Positions 12,241 through 23,378 of a stretch of 64,000 nt of DNA are shown piece by piece (positions within the stretch are counted from its first letter, which is position 1; each line of letters begins with the position of its first letter). Below the pieces are notes generated by a model. That model was not told the origin of the DNA, ran no database searches, and worked only from the letters and a program-made list of their open reading frames with translations. Origin of the DNA: Camelus dromedarius (Eukaryota); contig NC_087437.1 of assembly GCF_036321535.1 (NCBI RefSeq), forward strand, positions 71,178,001-71,242,000, given 5' to 3'. The translations under genes and the position numbers were made by a program.

Positions 12241-13586
12241 CACAGGAAGAGGAAAAGGTATACTTAGACATACAAAGCAGATAGTTATACAGGCCTGCCC
12301 CTTTCTGAGACTGGCACGGCGCTATCTGGGAAACCATTCTCATGGGTATAAGAAGTATAATCACATAATTTATTACCTGAAATGGAACGTATTTAAGAGT
12401 AAAAGGTGGCCCTATCAATAATCATGCCAAGGCAGTAGCCTAGGGGTAGGACCCCAGGCTACAGAGAGGGACCCCAGCATTTGAGCAACACAGAAATCAT
12501 GGGAAATGGTGAGGCTGACTTAACATGGGAGGCAAGTTTGAGGCTCATCCAGCCTTTCTAATAATGCTCTGTCACACTCCCTGTCCTCCTTTCCACTCAG
12601 CCAAACATCACTCATCCTACAAGGACAGGTACTGGCTCAAAACAATTGTTGGCAAAGTTAACAATTCAGACCCACAGCAACATCCCCACGCTGAACTCTC
12701 ACCGCAGATACTGAGAGTTCTATTCACAAGGACAAGTTAGTTTCCTCTAGTTATTTCATGTATGTTAACCCTATTATCCAAATTATATATATATATTTTT
12801 TGATGAACTCAAAAGAGCAATGTGTCTCAAATTCAGTGTGCTCTGCTGTAGGGGGATCTGATCACTGCTCAGGATCACTCCACATGAATGATCACAGATA
12901 CTGAAGTTTCTCCTCTGACCACTCTCTTCTGTTCTCCTGCCTCCTCTGCTCTCCCCTGATGAATGCTGCCTTTTCCAGCTTTATTAACTCTGCTATCAAG
13001 ACCCCTTATTTACTGCTCCAGCTTCATCTTCCCCAGCTCACAGGGTGATAAGGTTACTGTGCCTTCAGGTGGTAATTCCAGACAGATTTAGGGACCCAGA
13101 ACCAAGGGGGAGTGGCCCACTGAATACTAATTAATTATTAAAAGGAGTCCTGAAAGACACCCATCTCTGGGGTGGGAAGGGAGACAGAGCAAACGGAAGA
13201 GCACATGTGAGGAGAGAAGATACTGAGTTTGGTTATGTCTGAGTCTGAGGTGCATGTGAGGAATAATCCAGCGACAGAACATAGCTAAAGGCCTATCGTT
13301 GTGTAATTCCGAAGCTAAGCAGAGGGATCTTGATTATACACACAATTTTAGAATTTTCAGCAGTTAAGACTACCCAGGGAAAACATACAGTGTGGAATGA
13401 AAAGAGAGCCTAAGACAGAATCCTAAGGAGCAAGAATATCTAAACGTTCAGGAGAAAAATCAGGAGAGTGTCAAAGAGACCAAGAAGTGAGGAGCGGAGC
13501 AGCAGGAGGAGTAGCAGAAAAGGCGTCCCATGGAATGTAAAATTGGAGTTTCTGAGAGAAAGGAGTGGTGGGGGGCACAGCTCTAC

Positions 13587-13799
13587 CTCAGACTCTTCCT
13601 GTAGCTTCAAACAATTATCCAGGAAGAGAAGTGATCGGTCAACAGACTTTCTGGCCCTTTTCATGGAAGTCGCTTCATCACAAGTTGCCTCTCCATCTGC
13701 AAGGCACTGGAACCAGTCTGGCTGAAGGGCCTGCTGCATTGCCATGAACTTGGACGCAGTAATTTCCACTCGTCCTCCAACACCCCACACAGACACAGA
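13587..13799 (-). CDS. QTRT2: QTRT2 coding exon 4: [36 protein letters not shown]...LQEESE
   Basis: Acceptor tggcAG (13801-13800), donor GTAGAG; 213 nt, phase 0 to 0. Confidence 0.97.
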
Positions 13800-14059
13800 C
13801 TGCCATGGAACAAGACGGTGAGGAATTAGCCAGAGTAACATGTGGATAAAAAGAAAATAATAAAATGATTTAAAGCAATTCTGAATTTAATTCTTCTTTA
13901 CAGCTGGAGAGAGGGTGGCAATTCAATATCCTTGACACAGTGGGTAAAAGAGGAGGGATCTGATAGGTCACAGAGTCCTTCAGTGGCCATACAAGCCAAC
14001 TTCTGAGCTAGCATCCAAGAATTCTGTTATTACTTTTCCAGAAGCCCAGTCTTCCACTC

Positions 14060-14430
14060 TCTCCCACCCAATGCTGTTCCTGAATACACCACAGACTTCA
14101 ATTCTTCTGTCTTTGATCACATTGTTCCTTTTGACTGAAATGTCCTTCCCATACCTCTTTGCCTGGTAAAATACTATGCATCCTCAAGACAAAGAGTTCA
14201 AATATCACCTACTCTAAAGTGTTTCCCCAACTTCCCTAGGCACAGCCAACTGTTCACTCTAACAAGCTCTTTCAGCTATTCGTGCTAATCTCTTCCATAG
14301 AAAAGATAGCCCTTATCACACCACTGTATATTTGTCTGACTAGAGTATCCCAACCCATGGCTGTACTCCAAAAGCAGTCTGGGGCACACAATATTAATGT
14401 TTAATAAGTGTTTACTAGATTGAGTTAGAT
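14060..14430 (+). mobile_element. L2 LINE 3' end
   Basis: GTTCCTTTTGACTGAAATGTCCTTCCC...TCAAATATCACCT...ending GGCACACAA...AATAAGTGTTTACTAGATTGA. Confidence 0.55.
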
Positions 14431-14566
14431 ACAGAATTCTATGAAAAGACATAAACCCCACGGTACACAAGACTCTCTATACGTTCTGTGGCTACTCGTT
14501 CCCCTACTGCATCTATCCTCTTAGAAAAGATTAACAAAGACGTAAACGGAGAGGCTGCATACAATC

Positions 14567-14613
14567 TTCTTATGCCAGAATAAAAACTACAATTTTTTAT
14601 TCTGGCATAAGAA
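14567..14613. repeat. Perfect 20-bp inverted repeat with 7-nt spacer
   Basis: TTCTTATGCCAGAATAAAAA (14567-14586) / CTACAAT / TTTTTATTCTGGCATAAGAA (14594-14613). Confidence 0.95.
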
Positions 14614-15200
14614 CAATGTTTAAATGAATCATTTCTCCCTTCTAAAATGGGATTTAAGAAATCAAGGTCAAAACTGTTTCTTTTGAGATCAAATTACAAA
14701 ATAAAAAGAAGTTTCAGGACTAATTTAAAGTAGTTATCTTAAGCAAGATTAATAGATATTGTTGATAACAAAAAAGTGGGTGCAAGAAAAGTAACTGTGC
14801 CTGTAAAGTAGTGGTACATATTGAAGCTTTTCCAGAATGCTGTCCTCAGGGATAATGCAATAGGGCCACATCTCAGGTTAAAACTTTTAATGAAGTTCTT
14901 TTAATACTGTTTTTTCACAAGCTAAAATCTCTGGCTGTAGACCCAGCTTTTTCAAATTCTGTTCTAAAAGCAACCAGTACTGTACTGAGGTTCTATTATA
15001 TATAGTCATACATGTGATAACATCCATCAGCAACTTTCCCCCACTCTTCCTGAGGCTGTTGAAACTGCAAATAAAGTATGGTATCAAAAAACTATTGTTT
15101 TCTTTACCATCATAGCAATTTCTTTTTTTGGTATGTACTTGACCTTTCTCGACCCCCAAATTTTTGGCAGCAGTGAAAAAGCTGAGGACATACTCCTTAC

Positions 15201-15254
15201 CTTAACCTCATCCTTGGGCAGCCCTACTCTAAGTCCTATAAACCGCACCAGCCA
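15201..15254 (-). CDS. QTRT2: Candidate in-frame QTRT2 cassette exon (WLVRFIGLRVGLPKDEVK)
   Basis: Pyrimidine tract CCTTCTCTCTATTTCTGTGATGCAG acceptor, strong donor AAG|GTAAGG; 54 nt, stop-free, inside a phase-0 intron. Confidence 0.45.
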
Positions 15255-15398
15255 CTGCATCACAGAAATAGAGAGAAGGTTTAAAGGGGTCAGGAATGGG
15301 CCAGCATCGCAGGAAGGGGGATCCTTCAATCTGAGGGGTACAACAGGCTGACTTCCTGGGACAGAACTGCAGCCTCAGAGGACTTTCTGAGAACACAC

Positions 15399-15475
15399 CT
15401 TATTTGTGACATAACCAGCTGGGCAGGGACTGACTGGATCGTGCAGGGAGCAGTACAAAAGCGATTCTGGCATGC
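15399..15475 (-). CDS. QTRT2: QTRT2 coding exon 3: [25 protein letters not shown]
   Basis: Acceptor tttttacAG (15477-15476), donor GTGTGT; 77 nt, phase 1 to 0; not captured in frame by the ORF track. Confidence 0.96.
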
Positions 15476-16739
15476 CTGTAAAAACACAAAAAGGAACTTT
15501 GAAACAACTCACAACAACAATCATACTGTGTCACAACAGAGAGCAGCTTCATAATGTGTACTGCCAGATAAAGCAACTCTAAAACACAGTAAATTGCACA
15601 CACCTGATCTTTGAATTATAGAAGGCCTATCAATGTGAATGAAAAGATTACTTTCAAATCTACTAATCTAAAAGAACTAAATGTAAAGGTTCATTCCTAA
15701 TGACATAGTGAGTTGCTATGAAGGAAAGGTTTATCTTGAAATATGAGATACAATAAAAGTGTTTAATGATATGTTGACCCTACACAATTTGCTTTGAAAT
15801 TTAACATCAAGTATGTTCATTCTGGGTACCATTCAAGGGGAACTAGAAAGATGGAAAGATGAAATGATACACTCAAAAGGTAATCTCATTAATAATAAAT
15901 CCACCCCACATCATGGTTCCCTACGGTCATAATTACAGAAAAGCTGTAGGACACTGCAAATTGATCTCCTTTTCAGTAAGTTTCATTGACTCAATATGAC
16001 CTTTTTTTTAGGTTCTTGAGTCAAAAAAGGTATTTGTTTAAAAAAAAAATCCCTCAAAATGTTTAGTAAAACATAGTACTTAAATTTCATATGCTACATT
16101 TTCAGCAGAAAAAAAAGTAGGATTTTGCTGGAAAAAGACCAAAAATATAAAGCAAACAACAAAAATCTCTGCAGTTCTCCACCTTATTTTCCACAATTTC
16201 AATTATTACAATTATCTCCAGAAAGCTTATATTAGCTATTTTCACTTAATTATATGCTTGTACCCAAAGCTGGTTATTAAACCTGGTCTCAGATCAAGGA
16301 AAACTATATTATATAAATCCCTCTACTGAAATACAGGGCTTGGTGACAACCGAGTCATCACACAGTTTCCCTCAGAAGCAGAGGACTGAAAAACTAATGG
16401 AGGCAAGATTTTCATGTACTTAAGTGAGTCCTAGATAATGGGGACAAAAGCTTCAGGAGAAAGTGGTCTACAGAAGAATTGGTTCTCTAGCTGTCACTAC
16501 TTTTCCTATAAATAAATGGACAAACATAACAGCATTTAAAATCCTATTTCTGGAACAGAAGATAATATTAACATGTCAGAATATAGCTAAGTGTAAAGTC
16601 TTCATTCTCTGCTTTATGCTTAAGGCTCAAACATGACAAGACCACTTGGAGTCTTGGGTACGTCCCAAGTGGCTCCTCACCCCTAGGTCTTCGCTCTACG
16701 CCTAGTCTGCCCACACCTGTCTACCAGCACCACCGCACC

Positions 16740-17085
16740 CACTTCCTGCCCTGTCTAACTCCTACTCTCCCTTGACCCAGCTAAGGTGCTCTTCATCTTC
16801 TCTCTCCAGAATCCTGTCTTTATTCTGACCTCCCTCCATATTCACCCTACAGCAGGTTACGTGTTCCTCCCTCGGGGCTTTCACGATATATGTGTCCCAG
16901 CCTAACCCTGCAGATGCAGTCACCACACTCTACTAGAACTACCTGTTTATCTTTATCCTAACCAGGCTCTGAGTTTCACGAGGGCAGCAACTATATCCTA
17001 CTCATCTTTGAATCCCCACTGACTGGTTCTTAGGTGCTCAACAAATACTTATTAAATTAATGAATAAGTAAATGTATGAATGAAA
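16740..17085 (+). mobile_element. L2 LINE 3' end
   Basis: GAGGGCAG...CTCATCTTTGAATCCCC...TAGGTGCTCAACAAATACTTATTAAATTAATGAAT is the L2 tail. Confidence 0.7.
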
Positions 17086-17166
17086 GATCAAAGAATAAAC
17101 AGAATCTCTCCAACCTCCAAATCAATACATCACATGGCACACACAAATAATTTGATGAATTTTTAC

Positions 17167-17222
17167 CTATAAACTTTCCAACTCCTTCCTTATATTCTGC
17201 CAGGACTTCATGATGTTCTGCC
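17167..17222 (-). CDS. QTRT2: QTRT2 coding exon 2: AEHHEVLAEYKEGVGKFI
   Basis: Acceptor gcttatAG (17224-17223), donor GTAAAA; 56 nt, phase 2 to 1. Confidence 0.96.
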
Positions 17223-17979
17223 CTATAAGCAAAACAGGAAATATGAAGCATAATAATGTACGTGTTATGCAACAAATGAAGCCCTCCTCTCCTCACCAAA
17301 ACCAGCTACATGACAGTAAATGTGGCCTCAAACAACTGAGCACACCATTATTTAAGAGTCTCCACTCATTAGGTTGGGTTCATTAGCCAGAATAAAGGTC
17401 TTCAATTTGCAAGACCTTTTGTTGGTTCTGTGAGAAAAGGAATTGGCAACGATCAACTGCTTCAAAATATGTGGATTTCCCTCTCCCCCTTGCCCCTTTA
17501 AAATCACTGTTATTAACACAGTCCTGCAGTTATTTGACCATATAGCAGATTCTCCAATTAAGGGCAAGATAAGTCTGTACATTACACCAAGTGATCTAAC
17601 TCCATTAGTTCTGTTTCCCCAGAGTGCACCAGCAAGTACATGTGCAGAGACAGAGAAAACTTTGAGGCTGGTGCATGAAGACAGCCCCTAGGTCCCAAGT
17701 TTAGCCCCTAAGAGCATTCCCTGCCCTGTCGCCGCTGGGAGCAGTGGCAATGAGGGCAGGATGGAAAAGTGAAGCAGCTCTAACAAGTAGACCTGGCCCA
17801 TGGCTTCCAGACTAGAGCCAGATGACGTCTAAGACGTGTTATCTATCTTCTGATTTCATCCTAAAATATCTACCAATTTTGTACACAAAAGCAAAAAAGT
17901 CTTTCTCTTTATTGCACCTTACTAAGGTAACCAAGCTGCTGCCTGAGTTGACATGTGGATGATCAGGTCTCATACTTAC

Positions 17980-18179
17980 AGTGATGACAGCGTAAGCTGA
18001 GCCATGGCAGGAACCCCATGGATTTTATGCAGTGTGTGATGGGTCAGGTGTGGGGCAGACCCAGTCTTGGTGTACAGAAGGCAGCCCGGAATGTCCATGG
18101 TGCAGTCCCCTGTTTTGCCTAGGTTTTTTATTTTTCCCAGGCGGCAGCCATTAACTACCTTTGTAAGATTTAGCTTCAT
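17980..18179 (-). CDS. QTRT2: QTRT2 coding exon 1: [24 protein letters not shown]...AQLTLSS (exon starts at 18200 with 21 nt of UTR)
   Basis: ATG at 18179-18177 (context aggATG); acceptor cttatcAG at 18202-18201; donor GTAAGT; matches the recalled QTRT2 N-terminus. All 8 exons sum to 1248 nt. Confidence 0.97.
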
Positions 18180-18280
18180 CCTCAGGGATTCTTCCAGGTC
18201 CTGATAAGAAAAGAACATTTACATTCAGGAGAAGTTCCATAACATCTGTAGGCTAAACATTTTGCTAAGAAAGCAACTTA

Positions 18281-18281
<1 letters not shown>

Positions 18282-18311
<30 letters not shown>
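18282..18311. repeat. A30 homopolymer
   Basis: Thirty consecutive A, read as a U-tract in QTRT2 pre-mRNA about 80-110 nt upstream of the acceptor. Confidence 0.95.
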
Positions 18312-18313
<2 letters not shown>

Positions 18314-20488
18314 CAGCATGGTTGTTATTACTTCCAGTCTAGAATTTTTTTAGATAATAGGACTAGGAGAATGGGAAAAGACACAGAGACTAAGACATCT
18401 TCCCCAAAGTCCCAAAGCCATATGATGACATCAACCACATTTAAATTCAGTCATGGAAGTTTTGTCTGAGTGGATGAAAACCAAACAGAAGGATGGAAGT
18501 AAAGACTAACCATGGAAAGAGTCCTATGAAGCCAAGACTTTCTCCCAGCCTTGAAAATGTACATAGAGAAAGATCACATGACTTGGGGAATATTTATGAC
18601 TGATTCGATCCATTTTTTCCTTCTCTAATTTGAGAGAATACTAGGCAACATAGCAAGTTTTCCTAACATGTAATTAAATGAAGAAAACAGGTTCCAAAGC
18701 AGCATTCTGGCGTTTACTAAAATACATGGAAGAATATACATCAAAAGATAAACAGACATTATCTCTGAGAGGAGGGATTATTTTCCAGTCTGTTCTCATA
18801 TGGTGTCCACGTAGAGGCGAGAAACTGTGTGGAGTATCCATTCAATTTATAAGCAATGTTCCACTACTTTTATAACTGAGAAGGAAAAATATTTGACTTA
18901 AAAAATGATATACTTTCTAAATGCCATAGATACACAGGGAAAAAATTCAGAAAACATTGTCAATTACTTTGTTGGATTTATATTAGTTAAGTATTGCTCA
19001 CTGAAGGAAATCACTTTTTTAAATGCCCTGAAAAACAGTAACCAGGCATGCAAGATAATTTGCAAAATGTCAATGGATATCTAGCATTTTTAAAAAACTA
19101 CACCTCTACAGTAAGTACCATATCCTCTGGAATTCTTGCCAGTTAGGCTAAGCCCAGTTTTAATAATAGACAAATAAATAAACATTATTTATCTTTAGTT
19201 CAAAAATATTCAGGAATGCAAATATTATATTTTGGTGAGTCATAAGTTTTATACTGAAATAAAATAGTCAATATAGTCTTTAGAATTTTAGAAATAAGAA
19301 TAACTATTTTCTGTGTAGTTCAATAAGTGATTTCATGTTAAACATGAATTATAAAAAAAGTATAAGTGTTTGCAGAAAGGCTGGTCAATTTTCTATGACC
19401 AATTTTTTCAAGTTATCACAAAGATAGACACAAAAATAAGTGACATGGAAACCCATAAAAATGGAGACTATTAAGGGGAAAAAGTTTTGTTTTAACAAAG
19501 GGTAATATAAAAGCTATTTTTTAAAGCCGTGCTATTATACATTACAATTGTTAAAGTAAAATAAAGTTTATGCTAAAAAAATATATAAGTACAGGCTAAT
19601 AAGAATGTAATATAGAAAATACAAGAATCATTAGCTTATACCATCATATTCCTTATTGATTTATCAGATAATACACATAACCTCCTTATTTTAAGTGACA
19701 AAAAATTTTTTAAACAGAGCTCTAAAGCCATTTGTAGCAAAGTTAAAGAATGTATTTCACAACCTAAGTAAGTTCTAGGGAACGGAAGCAGGGGAAAGCA
19801 CAAAGGTGAGAAATTCACTTTAAAGTTAATGAATCAACTATTATTCTGAGCATTAGATTAATGGAACAACAGGATTTTGAAACATAAATAAGAACTAATA
19901 AAAATTTAATGGACTAAGGTTATTAAATACTACAGTAACTCAGCACTTAATTACTGTCACACACATCTGAAAATGGAAGAAATTGTATTGTCTGGGGTTT
20001 TTTCAGAAAGGGCTAAGGATAAGAATTTGCTCATTTCTCCCCTTACTCCAGTTGTTTAAGTTTTGTAGAGTTTACACATACACATGAGTTGTATTTTTTT
20101 ACCTAAATTCATATAAAGGTAGGAAGAACCTTCATAGGATAAAACTAGTTATGTTTGAAAAATGAAGTTCATGATTCTGGAATGCTACTAATTTTTATCA
20201 TTATCTCTCCCCATCAAACTCATCCTTTCTTTTTTCCAGTTTATTAATAAATAGCGTAAAAGATTCACAATCAAACCTTCCGATGAGCATGAGATAATGT
20301 GCTTTTCTATGCCTCTGTGCTGAGTTAACTCAATTCCAGGTAAAAACAACAAAACCCAACACTTTAGTTAACCTCTGTTTAACATCCCAGGTTACATATG
20401 ATTGCCATTAGACTTTAGAAATGCTGAAAATAGATTGACACTACATTTAAACTGACTATACTTCAATTAAATATATTAAATAAATAAA

Positions 20489-20493
20489 TATAT

Positions 20494-20528
<35 letters not shown>
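20489..20528. repeat. (TA)n(CA)n(TA)n microsatellite
   Basis: TATATACACACA...CACATATATATATATA seen directly. Confidence 0.9.
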
Positions 20529-21239
20529 AAGAAATGCTGAAAATTGTTGAATCTGTTCAAAATATTATCTGGTTTTTATTTGCCTTCATATCATATCCCT
20601 TTCTTTCCTCTTTCACTCATTGTGGGTCTCTTCTAAGATTTCTGGTGTTGTGCTTTTTTCAATATACAACATTCACTTTCACTTCCTGGGAGAGCCTTAA
20701 GAAAAAATCATTAGAAAAGCCACTTGGAAATAATGGTTAATGGAAAAACTCATCACTCGAAGGACAAGTGACAGGCTATATGTAGATCTGTGCCTTTACA
20801 AGGGCTAACAAAGATTCCCTGCATGTGTGGCAGCATTGGACCTGTCCTGACACCTCCACTGCCACATAGTTCTCCCCTCTCCCCATTCCCTCCAGAGAGT
20901 AGGAATTTTTAAATGCTTCTTAATGAATTCTCTACAGACTGTCATGGAAGAATGATCACGATATGCTAAGGGAAAAGAGCAAGCTTAGGTGAACATATTT
21001 TTTCTGAAAGAAAAACTGTACATACATATTTATAAATATGCACACATACATACACACTCTACACTGTTTATATATGGCATAGAAGTAAGTCTGAAGGACT
21101 CCTAAAAAATATGGTGCACTGAGCTGACTCAGAAAGACACACAGAAATGAGGGACTCTAAAGTTCTAGGAACCAGTAACGGAAGATGAGGAGATTAATCA
21201 TTCAGAAGGAGAGCATTATAAAAATCCTATGCTATTTGG

Positions 21240-21525
21240 GAAGAGGAGAGAGATGATGCTAATGTTAAACTTTTAAGTATGTGTGTTAAGAATTTTTAAA
21301 TAACCACTAAAAGATTACTGCAATGGATAACTTCCAAACCCACTGGGGAGGGGCAGGAGAAGATAAAGAAAAATTGGTTAATACAACTAAGGGCAAGAAA
21401 CAGGAAAAGAGACCAAAAAGCACATCCAAAAAAGAAAATACAAAGTAAAATGGTAGAAGTAAGTCCAAATATATCAGTAATTGCAATAAAAGTTAACAAA
21501 TTAGTTTCACCTATTTAAAGACATA
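21240..21525 (+). mobile_element. Old L1 fragment (ORF1/ORF2 junction region)
   Basis: AATAACCACTAAAAGA...AAATGGTAGAAGTAAGTCCAAATATATCAGTAATTGCAATAAA resembles the start of L1M ORF2. Confidence 0.6.
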
Positions 21526-21529
21526 ACAA

Positions 21530-21745
21530 CAATACTAGCAACATTTATTGGGCATTTACTATGTATCAGGTACCATTCTTCACATATTAACTCCACTAGT
21601 ATCTATCATCATATCAGCCTAAGACAGATGCTATTATTATGTGCATTTTACAGATGAGGAAACAGAGGCTAGTAAAGTACAATTTGGGAAGTGGCAGAGC
21701 CAGGTCTTAAATAACAGAAGTCTGGCTTTAGAGGCTGTGCTCTAA
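21530..21745 (-). mobile_element. MIR SINE
   Basis: AACATTTATTGGGCATTTACTATGT...ATTTTACAGATGAGGAAACAGAGG...AAGTGGCAGAGCCAGG. Confidence 0.8.
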
Positions 21746-22289
21746 CAGGCCGGTAGTCTACTTGAAGTTCCATCTTGTTTATTAACATATGCAATGTTTA
21801 TATATTAACTGTTCTGTTAAGATGTAATTTTATAGTCATATTTTCCATTTTGCCATACTATTCTTATAACTGTTCTTGTTTTCCCTTATCTGCCCCTCTG
21901 TATCTATCCATCCTCCCAGCCTCTAACTCACACATTTAAACATACTTGTATATGGGAGAGGGTTGTTTTTTAATATAAAAAATGGAAACATAATATACTG
22001 TAAGCACTTCTCTGCAATTTGCTTTTCTCCAAGAAATACACAATGAATATTCTTCCTGAAGAAGAGACACAGAGCTAACTTTTAAAATAACTACTTCATG
22101 ATATTGCATAGTTTGGACATAACAGTTTAATCAACCATCACCCTTCTGATGGACACTCAAGTTACAGAGCAGGTCCTTTGATTACTTTAATAGTCTGAGG
22201 GAACAGCTTCCCTGATCTCTTGAGATTTTCACAAATCTCAAAACTACTTTAGTTAACGTTTCCCAACAGAGTTCTATACATATATTGAT

Positions 22290-22430
22290 TTTTAATGGTT
22301 ATCACAGTCCAATGATTTAGGTACTATCTCCCTCATTTTGCAGATGACTAAACTGAAGGTCCGAGAGTTATTAAACAAGTTGCCCAAGGTCATACAACGA
22401 CAAAGTAGTTGGGTCCAAAGCTCCTGCTCT
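22290..22430 (-). mobile_element. MIR SINE fragment
   Basis: CTCATTTTGCAGATGACTAAACTGAAGG...AAGTTGCCCAAGGTCATACA. Confidence 0.65.
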
Positions 22431-22440
22431 AAATCTTTAC

Positions 22441-22615
22441 CTTGTCTTATGAATTGATGTATCCCAGCTTGGACCGTGCCCTGGAACATCTAGGCTTAGT
22501 CAATAACGAGGGACTTATCTTCACTCCATGGGTCATCTCCAGCGGCCCCAGATCTTACGAAGCCCTTAGCTGAGGTATTCGAGATCGGTCCTAACCTCCT
22601 AAGTGACTTGGGAGT
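22441..22615 (-). other. QTRT2: Predicted QTRT2 non-coding exon 2 (5' UTR)
   Basis: Acceptor GTTTTTTCTAG (22617-22616) and donor AAG|GTAAAG (22440); lies between the CpG island and the ATG exon; inferred from splice signals only. Confidence 0.5.
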
Positions 22616-22884
22616 CTAGAAAAAACTTTCACATGAAAACGTGACCCTTGAGCAGAGGCCAGTGGAAAGGAGGAATTTTTCTCTCAGAGATGCCATGAAG
22701 CTCACACGATTTGGGAGAATCTATTTTTTACAGAAGCCAGAATCCACCAGGAGACCCAGAAGAGGGAAAGAGACATGGCGGGAGTACAATTGCTGTACTG
22801 CAGCACAACCAGGAAGCGTCTGGGTGCCACGCGACTCATCCACCCGTAGCAGCCACTACACCAACGAAGAAAGGGGGCACCTAC

Positions 22885-22960
22885 CTGCAAAACTCCTAAC
22901 TTTTTTGGGCTTAAGACCCCTCAAACTCCTCGCCGTCCGCTACCACGTGTCTGGCTTGCA
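22885..22960 (-). other. QTRT2: Predicted QTRT2 non-coding first exon (TSS approximate)
   Basis: Donor CAG|GTAGGT at 22885/22884 just downstream of the CCAAT/ETS cluster; 5' end unknown. Confidence 0.55.
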
Positions 22961-23285
22961 GAATTCTCGACTCCCTAGACCACCGCCTCCGATGCAGAGC
23001 CAATCAAGGAGCATTGCGTCATCACCGGGCGCCCGGAAAAGGCAAAGGTAAGAGCAAAGCGAGCTCCGGCGACTGCAAGGCGGAGAGACCGCTGCTGTTG
23101 CCATGGGTAACTAAGAGGACTCGTTCCGCCTGCGCAAAGCCTCCTGGGAGTGGTGGTTCGGCGGCTCCCCACATACACCTTCCTTGTGGGCAGAGGAACT
23201 ACAACTCCCAGGGAGTCCCGGAAGCATCCTAGGCAAAGGAGCGGTTGTTCCAGCTTTGCCTGAAGTCCGAGCCTGAACCTGGAAA

Positions 23286-23378
23286 ATGCTGCTGGCGCCC
23301 CAGGAAAGGTCCTTCTCTAGGAAGAGGACGGGTTTGAATCGCTGGAAACAGTTTACAAGGAAGACGAGTCCCACCAAG
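23286..23378 (+). CDS. CCDC191: CCDC191 coding exon 1: MLLAPQERSFSRKRTGLNRWKQFTRKTSPTK
   Basis: ATG in aaaATG context, donor AAG|GTGATC; resembles the recalled human N-terminus MLLAPQGRSFSKKR; 93 nt, phase 0. Confidence 0.88.

Noticed and set aside
13468..13747. Plus-strand ORFs opposite QTRT2 exons (also 3557-3790 and 9931-10119)
   Set aside because: Antisense shadows of real coding exons.
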